From Thermoplasmata archaeon (GTDB taxonomy: Archaea > Thermoplasmatota > Thermoplasmata > UBA10834), in contig JACZKW010000104.1 of the NCBI GenBank assembly GCA_014859835.1, positions 51,608 through 115,607 on the forward strand: a DNA stretch of 64,000 bases, read 5' to 3'. The position numbers and the translations under genes were made by a program. Shown here piece after piece: positions 40,824 to 49,179 of the stretch; the first letter of the stretch is position 1, and every line of letters begins with the position of its first letter. The notes beneath the pieces are model-generated. The model made no database searches and had not been told where the DNA came from. It worked only from the letters and a program-made list of their open reading frames with translations.

Positions 40824-41867
40824 ATGATACGTTTTGGTCCTGCAGGAATACCACTATCCTGCAAAGGACGTACTTTAAAGGATGGCATCGAGGATGTTCA
40901 CCGTCTCGGGCTTACCGCGCTGGAGGCGCAGCTAGTCAGAGCGCATGTGCAAGAGAGGACGGCAGAACCCGAAGAGATCGGATTGAAACCGATCGAACTC
41001 CCCAATGACATGGTCATTGAGATCGTGAGGAAGAAGGGGTCGAAGGAGGAGGTCATCTATGACCTCGGAGAACCAATAAAGGCAGAAGACAGGCTCGTGA
41101 CATTGTCGAGCGGCCTGGCCAACAACTACAGCGACCTGAGGAAACTGAAGGTCATGGCCGAGGAATTGGATGTAGCGCTATCGATTCACACACCATACTA
41201 CATGGACCTCGTGAGCGATGGCGAGCTGTCGTTCAAGAGCATGGACTCCATCCGATGGGGAGGTGTGATCGCCAAGGAGCTGGGAGGCACCATGGTCGTC
41301 ACGCACCTTGGACTGTATGGCGAGACTAACCCCAAGGTGGCACAAAAACGGATAAAGGAGAAGGTCACGGAACTTGCAGGTTGGTACAAGAAACAGAAGA
41401 TACCTGCACCGATAGGCCTGGAATTGAGCGGTAGACAGGAGATCTATGGCTCGCTTTCGGAGATCACCAAGCTGTGCAAGGGCATCGATGGCGTAGTCCC
41501 GGTGATCAATTTCGCGCACTATCACGCAAGAGAAGGCGGCCAGCTCAAGGACCAGAAGACTTTCGAGGCGCTATTGGAGTCCACCAATGATCTGATCAAG
41601 GGAGAGTACTACACCCATTTCTCAGGCGTTGAGCACGATAGCGGCAACGAGAAGAGATATACTTCAATCAAGAAAGGCGATCTCAGGTTCGAACCACTGG
41701 CCGAAGCAATCGTTGACAGGAACGATTCGATCACAATCATATCAGGATCACCTCTGCTTGAGCATGATGCCATGTACATGAAAGTCATCCTTGAGAGAGT
41801 TCTTGCGAAGAAGGTCTCCAAAGAAGTGAAGACTGGCTCGAAGAAGGAAAAGGCCGGATCCAAATGA
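40824..41867 (+). CDS. xylose-isomerase-like TIM-barrel protein (AP endonuclease 2 / sugar-phosphate isomerase superfamily)
   Basis: It has the ~280-aa TIM-barrel pattern with a conserved His/Glu/Asp metal-site layout, plus a Lys-rich C-terminal tail. The specific function is not assignable. Confidence 0.45.
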   Translation: MIRFGPAGIPLSCKGRTLKDGIEDVHRLGLTALEAQLVRAHVQERTAEPEEIGLKPIELPNDMVIEIVRKKGSKEEVIYDLGEPIKAEDRLVTLSSGLANNYSDLRKLKVMAEELDVALSIHTPYYMDLVSDGELSFKSMDSIRWGGVIAKELGGTMVVTHLGLYGETNPKVAQKRIKEKVTELAGWYKKQKIPAPIGLELSGRQEIYGSLSEITKLCKGIDGVVPVINFAHYHAREGGQLKDQKTFEALLESTNDLIKGEYYTHFSGVEHDSGNEKRYTSIKKGDLRFEPLAEAIVDRNDSITIISGSPLLEHDAMYMKVILERVLAKKVSKEVKTGSKKEKAGSK

Positions 41868-42400
41868 AGGAGAGCGTCGACTATATCCTGAAGAGCATTC
41901 AGCAAACGCTCGAGAACGAGGTCGAGGAGACAGACAAGTTTGTAGATGCCATTATGGAATCACGCAGGATATTCATCTATGGTGTCGGCCGTTCCGGCCT
42001 GATAGCCAAGGCATTCGCGATAAGACTGGTTCAGATGGGGTTAGAAGTCTATTTTGTAGGGGAGACCATCACACCCATTGTCGAGGAAGGGAACCTGGTG
42101 ATAATCGTGTCGCACACAGGTGAGACGATGTCCGCCATCCAGACCGCGAATATCGTACGAAGGGTCGGGGCGAGGGTGATCACGATCACTGCCAATGCCC
42201 ACTCGAAGCTCGCGAGCGCATCCAATCTAGTCATGTTAATACATCCTCCGAAGGATGATGACAGGAAGACTCTCGCACCGCTTGGAACCCTTTTCGAGAA
42301 TGCCACCCTGATCTATCTCGATAGCATGGTCGCCAGGCTGATGGAGAAGCTCGGGCAGAGTGAGGGGTCTCTCAGGAAGCGGCATGCGATCTGGGTCTAG
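41864..42400 (+). CDS. 6-phospho-3-hexuloisomerase (SIS domain)
   Basis: It carries a SIS phosphosugar-binding motif (IFIYGVGRSGLIAKAFAIRL), is 178 aa long, and is typical of PHI/HxlB. Confidence 0.7.
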   Translation: MKESVDYILKSIQQTLENEVEETDKFVDAIMESRRIFIYGVGRSGLIAKAFAIRLVQMGLEVYFVGETITPIVEEGNLVIIVSHTGETMSAIQTANIVRRVGARVITITANAHSKLASASNLVMLIHPPKDDDRKTLAPLGTLFENATLIYLDSMVARLMEKLGQSEGSLRKRHAIWV

Positions 42401-43527
42401 ACACGGTCCATAATCTCGTCCGTTTCGAGATTATCCGCAGATTCAGTTTTTGATTTGATCCTCTGCTTCTTTCGGATGAGATAGAACGCCAGCACAGATA
42501 CCGTTGCGACCGCAATGAGCCCGACGAACGCTGGCAGATATTCCATTATCCAATCGCTGACCCCACCAACAAATCCCGATTCATCGATTCCGATGATAGT
42601 CTCGTCTTCAATGGAACATGTGTCATTGGAGATAAGGAGGGCGGAATGCAGCATCAGACCAGCGCCTGTCGTGTAACACGATGAGCCAAGGATATGATCA
42701 TATGACGATGAACCGTTGCTCATCAGTGCGGCTGTGCCCCACAGAAAATGTGCCTGGGAGGCGTTATCCTCCTTGGTGTACATAATGCGCTGGACCACGT
42801 CATCTGTCTGCCTGAGAGGTCTCGTATAGTTTGCACCGAGAAGAGTCTCATCGTCCCAGCCAGACAAGAGCGTCAGAACCTCATCGGATTGGAAATCATC
42901 CTCGGTCACCACAAACGAATTCGTAGTTCCTCCACCTTGCAGGAATCGCTCAAGTGCGATGTAATCCGCAGATGTGGAATTGGTGATCCGAATCGTCATG
43001 TTTACGCGCATTTCAGTCTTGCCAGACACTATATAGCTGCCCGTCGGGGCGGTATAGGTTACAGAGTTCTCAGTCAAGCAGAACCAGAAAGTGACATTCG
43101 CCCAGTTCTCAATGATGGCTGGACCCTCTCCAGATATGTTGTACACCGATGTCTCCGCAGACATGCTGAACATGGCGTATTCGCCCATATCGGGTGTGTG
43201 ATCCTCGATTATCGAGGAGAGGTGCCATGTAGCATGATTGGAGTCGAAGAACACTGTGCCAACGGCTTCGGATCTGCAAAAAACTCCATTGTCATCAGAG
43301 TCATTGAACATATGGATTCGAGGGAAACTAGCCTCGAACGTCGGCGAGAATGGATCATCCGTATGCCAGAATATGATTCGTGGCCAGTCATTGGTCACGG
43401 CAACAGAAAAAATGCCGGATATCATGCTCACCTTGGTCTCGTCGGCTGAGACATATAGAGTGTAGTCGCCAGCTCCTGATACGTTCATGGGGAGGGACGA
43501 TGATACTATGGCGATCACCGCGATCAT
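42397..43527 (-). CDS. secreted, C-terminally anchored surface (glyco)protein, hypothetical
   Basis: A signal/TM helix is followed by a ~300-aa domain with more than 10 N-x-S/T sequons, a C-terminal TM helix and an RKKQR tail. Confidence 0.4.
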   Translation of the reverse strand: MIAVIAIVSSSLPMNVSGAGDYTLYVSADETKVSMISGIFSVAVTNDWPRIIFWHTDDPFSPTFEASFPRIHMFNDSDDNGVFCRSEAVGTVFFDSNHATWHLSSIIEDHTPDMGEYAMFSMSAETSVYNISGEGPAIIENWANVTFWFCLTENSVTYTAPTGSYIVSGKTEMRVNMTIRITNSTSADYIALERFLQGGGTTNSFVVTEDDFQSDEVLTLLSGWDDETLLGANYTRPLRQTDDVVQRIMYTKEDNASQAHFLWGTAALMSNGSSSYDHILGSSCYTTGAGLMLHSALLISNDTCSIEDETIIGIDESGFVGGVSDWIMEYLPAFVGLIAVATVSVLAFYLIRKKQRIKSKTESADNLETDEIMDRV

Positions 43528-43635
43528 GCAGGCAAGTCGACACACATTCGTCACTCTACATCCCCGACTCCTCAGTCCATAACACAAATGAACCCGAAAA
43601 ACCTTTCCAGAGATATCCGCACAGGCTATATGCAT

Positions 43636-44280
43636 TCATCTTGTTCTGAGCCGGCGAGTGCGTTGACGATTCTCGACAGTCCCACTTTCACGAGCCGCGC
43701 AAGTCAGGGCAAACGGAACCTCGCGATACCCCTGGTTAGAGAGCTTGAATACCTTGATATCGGCATTTATCGGATCAACTACAAGCGCAGAATGGAAAGG
43801 CTGGTCGAACATGGTCTTTTGCGTGTAGAGGTCCGTCTTTGAAAGGAAACACGTGTGTCCAGGATGGGAATGGTACCAGCCGACTATGACATAATCGAAT
43901 CCTGATCGATCGAGTTCGCCGAAGAGTCGCGGAAGCGCCCTGTGGTCAAACCTGACCTTCGCGGTTGTGTTCTTCAGAGAGGTTGTGCCGATATCCCAGA
44001 CGATCGTGTACGTCTCACCTCTCCAAGAACACACCTCGCCCAACATGAACCCCATCACCTCGAGTCTCTTTGGAGCCGATTCCTCCGCTTGGGACACGAT
44101 CTTGCAGTTCGCAGCTTCGGACAAGTACACCTCAAAAGTTGGCCCAGATTCAAGGACTCGATGGAATACAGAAAGGGATTCCTCAGATAACCAATCATGA
44201 GGACCAATGCTGTCAACTGACGGCGGCGCCGTCTTTGAGATCTTGAGCTGGATCTCGCTAACGATCCTGGGTCTAGGCAT
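43636..44280 (-). CDS. JAMM/MPN+ metalloprotease (Rpn11-like deubiquitylase/isopeptidase)
   Basis: It has the complete JAMM motif E...H-S-H-P-x7-S-x2-D (GWYHSHPGHTCFLSKTD). Its start overlaps the E2 stop by 8 nt. Confidence 0.8.
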   Translation of the reverse strand: MPRPRIVSEIQLKISKTAPPSVDSIGPHDWLSEESLSVFHRVLESGPTFEVYLSEAANCKIVSQAEESAPKRLEVMGFMLGEVCSWRGETYTIVWDIGTTSLKNTTAKVRFDHRALPRLFGELDRSGFDYVIVGWYHSHPGHTCFLSKTDLYTQKTMFDQPFHSALVVDPINADIKVFKLSNQGYREVPFALTCAARESGTVENRQRTRRLRTR

Positions 44281-44794
44281 CGGAACCCCCTACGATCCTG
44301 ATTCTGCGGTCCGTCTGATCCATCACCGTAGGAGGCTGATATCTCATACGATTGAAGTATGCAGCGGCCCGAGTACATGTGTCGCACCCGAACGGGTTTC
44401 TAGGATTCGGATTAACCAGAAGCGACTCGATGCCCCTTATGAATGTGGCCAAGGTCGAGCTGAAATCCCATTTCTCCAGCAATCTCGTACATACATAACC
44501 GCCGTCCTCGGGAGGCATTATGTTCGGATGGAATATGGGAGTCTGCCACTTGACGATCGGTTTCTCGACTGGATACTCCTCACTTATCAGAATCGCGATT
44601 TTGTGGACGAACCTGTGCACGATCTTGTTCTCCTCCCATGTAGGGCCTGGCACGCGGAGCATGTGCACGTTGATCAGGATGGGGAAGGAGGTAAGGGTCG
44701 GGTCAGAGACGGTGATATGGTGTCTGAGCTCACGCTGACATATCTCTATCTCGTTTTTCAAACGCTTTCTGAGCACATCCACCGGAAGAGACAT
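44273..44794 (-). CDS. ubiquitin-conjugating enzyme E2-like protein (UBC fold)
   Basis: It has an N-terminal helix (RLKNEI), the HPN motif (IFHPNI), the catalytic Cys context (GGYVCTRLL...W) and LLVNPNPRNP, which together form the canonical UBC signature. Confidence 0.8.
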   Translation of the reverse strand: MSLPVDVLRKRLKNEIEICQRELRHHITVSDPTLTSFPILINVHMLRVPGPTWEENKIVHRFVHKIAILISEEYPVEKPIVKWQTPIFHPNIMPPEDGGYVCTRLLEKWDFSSTLATFIRGIESLLVNPNPRNPFGCDTCTRAAAYFNRMRYQPPTVMDQTDRRIRIVGGSDA

Positions 44795-44799
44795 CCCGA

Positions 44800-44988
44800 C
44801 TATCCGCCTTCAGGATCTGGAATGAGTTCCAGCACATCTTCGGCAATTATCCCGGAATCCTTTATCGAGGAACCACCGCGAAGAACCTTCTTGCCTTTCC
44901 TTAGGACATATGCGCCCATGTCCTTGTTCCAAAAGGTGGCGGCACTCTCGATGATCTCATCGACGGTATTGTCACCCTCCAGCTCCAT
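44800..44988 (-). CDS. ubiquitin-like beta-grasp protein with a C-terminal Gly-Gly
   Basis: ...FWNKDMGAYVLRKGKKVLRGGSSIKDSGIIAEDVLELIPDPEGG-stop aligns with ubiquitin residues ~25-76, including the terminal GG. The in-frame upstream stretch to 45048 (AIFLTFRLKVKNAETGAAVE) supplies the missing beta1-beta2 hairpin but contains no ATG, GTG or TTG. Confidence 0.6.
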   Translation of the reverse strand: MELEGDNTVDEIIESAATFWNKDMGAYVLRKGKKVLRGGSSIKDSGIIAEDVLELIPDPEGG

Positions 44989-45111
44989 CTCGACTGCAGC
45001 ACCGGTCTCTGCATTCTTAACTTTGAGTCTGAAAGTCAGAAAGATCGCCTATACGACTGACGGCTGTTGACATTATATCGTTTTCGGATACCTGTAGCAA
45101 CACCGGAGGCC

Positions 45112-45894
45112 TCAGTGATTCGGACAAAGCGGATCGATATCGAATTCCAGCTCTTCTGAGACATTCCTCTGACCGTCGTAGAAGAAGGCATTTGACAGCA
45201 TCATATCAGCCCTACCGGATACGAACTTCAGGCACTCCCTGACCATGATAGCCGATATGACACTCGTAGTCGTGATCTCGGCTGGAAGTCGAGGTTCATG
45301 GAATACCACATCCTTCCCAGTACAGCTGAATCGAAGGTTCGCAACCTTCGCATGTGATCGGTTCATGCCGCATTGGATGCATGCGCCATTCGGGGGATTG
45401 GCAACGAAGACTCGGCCAACGAACCCCTCCATTCCGCCATCGATCAGTGTCTTCCCGAATCGATATGATCGTGAATTCACATGGAGCCGAGTAGGGATAT
45501 TGTCAAGACAACCAAGTATGATGTCGTGGACCCTATACAGCCCTTCATCCAATTCCTCGATCATGGATGAGACCGATTCGACATTGGCATGCTCAGAGAG
45601 GGCATTCATTCCACGGGCGACCACTTCGGCTTTGGGACTCCTTCTGGAAACGTCCTCTCGTGAGAAGAAGAGACATCTGTTCAGGTTCGAGCCCATGACG
45701 TGGTCCATATCGACAACTGTCACATAACGAAAGCCTGAGAGGACCAGGTTCTTCCCGACCTCGTTTCCCAAAGCACCTGCGCCAACCATCAGAACCTTGG
45801 TTCTGAACACCGCGTCGAGGTCAAGCCATCCTATCCGACGAGCTCTGTCGAAGGGCTCGTCATCTACCGCGCCTATCCTAAGCTGTTCCTCCAT
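45112..45894 (-). CDS. E1-like ubiquitin-activating enzyme (ThiF/MoeB/HesA family)
   Basis: It has a nucleotide-binding GxGxxG (VLMVGAGALGNEV), DxDxVxxSNLNR (VVDMDHVMGSNLNRC) and CxxC zinc/catalytic Cys motifs. It heads the operon. Confidence 0.8.
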   Translation of the reverse strand: MEEQLRIGAVDDEPFDRARRIGWLDLDAVFRTKVLMVGAGALGNEVGKNLVLSGFRYVTVVDMDHVMGSNLNRCLFFSREDVSRRSPKAEVVARGMNALSEHANVESVSSMIEELDEGLYRVHDIILGCLDNIPTRLHVNSRSYRFGKTLIDGGMEGFVGRVFVANPPNGACIQCGMNRSHAKVANLRFSCTGKDVVFHEPRLPAEITTTSVISAIMVRECLKFVSGRADMMLSNAFFYDGQRNVSEELEFDIDPLCPNH

Positions 45895-45933
45895 CGGTCA
45901 GTGGTAAGGTCCGAAATGGAATTAAAGGTTGCC

Positions 45934-47052
45934 TCAATCCCAGGTCAGCTTCCCCTTGCGCATCAGTTCGGTCTCTCGTCCCGAAGCGGACACTGCAGTT
46001 ATCGTTGGGGCTTTGACCAGGCCGTCCAAATGGATCAGGGAATCCGCGTCGCCATCATAGTTGCTCCCAACTGCGAAGTGGCATGTGCCATAGACCTTCT
46101 CGTCCTCGAGCATGTTTGCGACAATCCTAGCTTTCCTGTTGAGACCGATGCCCAGTTCACCGATGCTCTCTGTGTTCTTGATGTAACTCTCGACCTCTGA
46201 AGATTTCAACAGACCGTCATTGCCCATCGAGCGGGCCTTTCTCTTGGCGATCCTAATCGAGTTCCTCAGAGCATTGGCCTCCTTCGTGCCAGTTATCTTC
46301 GTTATGTATCCATCCTTGATGTGAGCAACGATGGGATCGCGTATCACGATCTCTCCATCGTTGAGGACGATGGACCCGTCGAATGCGATTACGCCATTGG
46401 TGGTGCCCAATGCGGGAGAGACATAGACTTCGCCCGAGGGGATATTCCCACCGCGACCCTTCTTCCTGAAATCCCCGTCATCCATCTTGGCGATGCGGCC
46501 CTTCAACCCGATCACAAGATCGGTTCCCCCTGGAGCGGTAACCCTGACTGTTTCGGAACCTTTGAGAATCGCGCATATCCTTTTGCAATCCTTCCTCAGA
46601 CGAGTGTAATCGATCGGGACTGTTCGTCTGAACATGTCGCGGGTGATACCAGGTGACCAGAAGGCCCTAGCCTTCTCCTCCTCGTAGAGCATTTCGAAAA
46701 TGTCATTGTACTTCCTCTTCCCAGTATATCCTTCGAGAAGGCCGTGCTTATCCTTCCCGAACCGGTCCTTGCTTATCGACAGGATCACATCAGGCTCCGA
46801 AGACATCGCTGTGATGACATCCTTCTCCGCGAAGTCGAACTGACCCTTCTCCCTCTGGAACATCAGGACAGGCTTGGCCTTGACATTCATCGCTGCATCG
46901 AAGATCGCCATCGATATCTCGCGAACATCCTTGTTCGGGTTCGATATTATCAGAATCCGCTCGTCCTTCTTCAGAGCTAGGACATCCTTGACCGCAGCTT
47001 TCGCGCCCACTGCCAGAGAACGATCGTACCCTCTGCCTTCTGAGAATTGCAT
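45934..47052 (-). CDS. putative aminopeptidase (M29/AmpS-like family)
   Basis: It shows overall pattern similarity to thermophilic M29 aminopeptidases and is 372 aa long. This call is tentative. Confidence 0.45.
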   Translation of the reverse strand: MQFSEGRGYDRSLAVGAKAAVKDVLALKKDERILIISNPNKDVREISMAIFDAAMNVKAKPVLMFQREKGQFDFAEKDVITAMSSEPDVILSISKDRFGKDKHGLLEGYTGKRKYNDIFEMLYEEEKARAFWSPGITRDMFRRTVPIDYTRLRKDCKRICAILKGSETVRVTAPGGTDLVIGLKGRIAKMDDGDFRKKGRGGNIPSGEVYVSPALGTTNGVIAFDGSIVLNDGEIVIRDPIVAHIKDGYITKITGTKEANALRNSIRIAKRKARSMGNDGLLKSSEVESYIKNTESIGELGIGLNRKARIVANMLEDEKVYGTCHFAVGSNYDGDADSLIHLDGLVKAPTITAVSASGRETELMRKGKLTWD

Positions 47053-47098
47053 GCCCTCACACCTTCGGGGGTGATTCTGCTACATCCCACTTAAGTCT

Positions 47099-48619
47099 TC
47101 AGTCGAGATAGTTCACCTTAACGGGACGAACGCCTGCCATTTCATCGTATTTCGATAGGAGTGCGATTATCTGCTCCTTGACTGATCGCTCGACCCCCAT
47201 CGGCTCGTGCTCTTTTAGGATTCTCCGCGCTTCGTTCCTCGCAGCGACTCTGAGAGGTTCCGTGTCCGAACCTATTATCGACGGAAGCATGGCGATCTTA
47301 GGTAGGAGCATCTCCTTCCGGAAATTGCGCAGGGTGTGCGGATCCTTCATGAAATAGCCGCCTGGACCGACTCTCGATATGACATCGAAACCCAATGTGC
47401 TGTCGGATACCTCTACCCCTCTCCAAGCGCGCAGGACGTTCCTCCACAACTCGCAATCCATCACGATCTGCTCGACCGACTCGACTCCAGAGCGCTCGAA
47501 ACCGCCGATCCCGACGATCTGATCGGCCCCGGCCATCGCGGGAAGGAGACTGCTGATCGCCTTCTGGTATCCGATCTCGTAGCCAGGCACACAGCCTGAC
47601 GCCGCAGTCCCGCCCACTTGTGAAGGCAGACCGTATCTGCGGGCCATCTGACAGCCAGCAGCGTTGATCAAAGCACCTTCGGTCGAGCCGGACAGGAAGA
47701 CGCCAGTCTTCATGTCCATCGGTCCAGACTCTGAGCTGTAGAGGATTGGCGCACCAGACTTTGCCAGCTCCGATATGACTGCGCCCGCGAGGTTCTCAGC
47801 GTTGACGAGCGAGATCGTACCTGCAAGCGTCACTGGTGCCACGGAGCCTGATATGGCCATGGACAGGTGGACGACTGGAAGGCCCGCCTTTGCGAACTCG
47901 ACGACAGCATCGATATCGCCCTCCTCGTATCTGAGCGGGGTTATGGGCGTGTGCGTGATCGAGATTATCGGCCTCTTGGCGAGTCCCTCCTCGGAACCGA
48001 CTATCGCAGCGGCCGCCTCTATCTGGAACCTGGCGTCCTCGATGGAACCCGCACCGTGCTGAATGTGTTTTCCAGTGTTGAATATCGATGCGACGAATTC
48101 GTGATTGTTGGAAACATCTGGTGGCAAATCTGTGGCGACGACTTCTGGCCAATATAGATCCACTTCGGGCATGGCATCGCATACACGCGTGAGGTCGATC
48201 AGATCCCTCATAGTAGCTTTGCGCCTCTTCTGGGTATCCATGTCCCAGACATCGGTCGGCTGTCCGTCATTAACGCCATATATCCTATCCGTTGCCGGAA
48301 GTCTCAGGTCCCGTCTCTTGTCTCTACCACACATCGTGAATTCCTTAGGGGCCTTGGACAACGCCTCCTTGACCATCGCCTCCGATATCTTCACGATCTG
48401 TGCATTCTCATCCACGATCCCCCCGGCGTCCTTCAACATCTTGAGAACCTTGGGGCTCGTCACCTTAATCCCCACATTCTCCAGTATCTTGATCGATTCC
48501 AGGTGCACTGCATCTTCCTGTTCAGAATTCAATGGATCGTAGACAGCCTTGGCCAACCTATCATCCTGAGGGTGAAACCTATTACTGCCATAAAAAACCC
48601 GAAGTCGCTGACGAGACAA
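47099..48619 (-). CDS. MttB-superfamily (trimethylamine methyltransferase-like) protein without pyrrolysine
   Basis: It has full-length (506 aa) MttB/COG5598 similarity. The ORF is continuous with no in-frame TAG. Confidence 0.7.
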   Translation of the reverse strand: MSRQRLRVFYGSNRFHPQDDRLAKAVYDPLNSEQEDAVHLESIKILENVGIKVTSPKVLKMLKDAGGIVDENAQIVKISEAMVKEALSKAPKEFTMCGRDKRRDLRLPATDRIYGVNDGQPTDVWDMDTQKRRKATMRDLIDLTRVCDAMPEVDLYWPEVVATDLPPDVSNNHEFVASIFNTGKHIQHGAGSIEDARFQIEAAAAIVGSEEGLAKRPIISITHTPITPLRYEEGDIDAVVEFAKAGLPVVHLSMAISGSVAPVTLAGTISLVNAENLAGAVISELAKSGAPILYSSESGPMDMKTGVFLSGSTEGALINAAGCQMARRYGLPSQVGGTAASGCVPGYEIGYQKAISSLLPAMAGADQIVGIGGFERSGVESVEQIVMDCELWRNVLRAWRGVEVSDSTLGFDVISRVGPGGYFMKDPHTLRNFRKEMLLPKIAMLPSIIGSDTEPLRVAARNEARRILKEHEPMGVERSVKEQIIALLSKYDEMAGVRPVKVNYLD

Positions 48620-48651
48620 GATAGATCATATCAGTCAGACCGGCAGACAGA

Positions 48652-49179
48652 TCATTCCTTCGAACGGAACCTCTCGATTGCTTTCTCCTCGAGCCGCCTG
48701 GACCGTCTAGCGAACGATTCCTTATTCCTGCGGACATCCTCGTCGGTCTCCAGCACCAGTTGAGGTACGGAGACAGGCCTGCCATCGGAATCGAGGGCAA
48801 CCACGGTCAGATAGGAAGAACCCGTGTGCCTTGTCTCCCCTGTCCTCGGATCCATGGCTTCCACACGGACTCCGACCTCCATTGACGAGTGCCAGACAGC
48901 GTTCACGTTCGCCTTCAGTGTGAGAAGGTCACCGACATGAACTGGAGACAGGAAGGACATTCGGTCCACGGATGCCGTGACGACGTTGGTGCGAGTATGC
49001 CTCGTGGCTGCTACATAGGCTATCTCATCGACCATCTTCAGGATGGTGCCGCCGAACACATTCCCGGCGACGTTGGCATCCTGTGGCATCATCACCCTGG
49101 CGACCATCGTCTTTGATTCAGAGACCGTCCGTTCATCCATTAGCGACACCTGGTTCCCAATTTCTTCCGATCCAATCAC
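48652..49179 (-). CDS. acyl-CoA thioesterase (hotdog fold, YciA/4HBT-like)
   Basis: A hotdog-fold motif (NVAGNVFGGTILKMVDE) is present. Confidence 0.6.
   Translation of the reverse strand: MIGSEEIGNQVSLMDERTVSESKTMVARVMMPQDANVAGNVFGGTILKMVDEIAYVAATRHTRTNVVTASVDRMSFLSPVHVGDLLTLKANVNAVWHSSMEVGVRVEAMDPRTGETRHTGSSYLTVVALDSDGRPVSVPQLVLETDEDVRRNKESFARRSRRLEEKAIERFRSKE

Noticed and set aside
44207-45070. 287-aa plus-strand ORF spanning the Ub-like, E2 and JAMM genes
   Set aside because: It is antisense to three tightly packed genes with strong family signatures. It has no domain signal and its composition is biased.
45049-45114. E1 and Ub-like ORFs being one fused polypeptide (they are in the same frame)
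   Set aside because: Three stop codons (TGA at 45112, TAA at 45073, TAG at 45049) separate them, so coincidental frame identity is more likely.
47099-48619. Pyrrolysine-containing MttB
   Set aside because: The ORF is uninterrupted with no in-frame TAG, so it is classed as a non-Pyl superfamily member instead.
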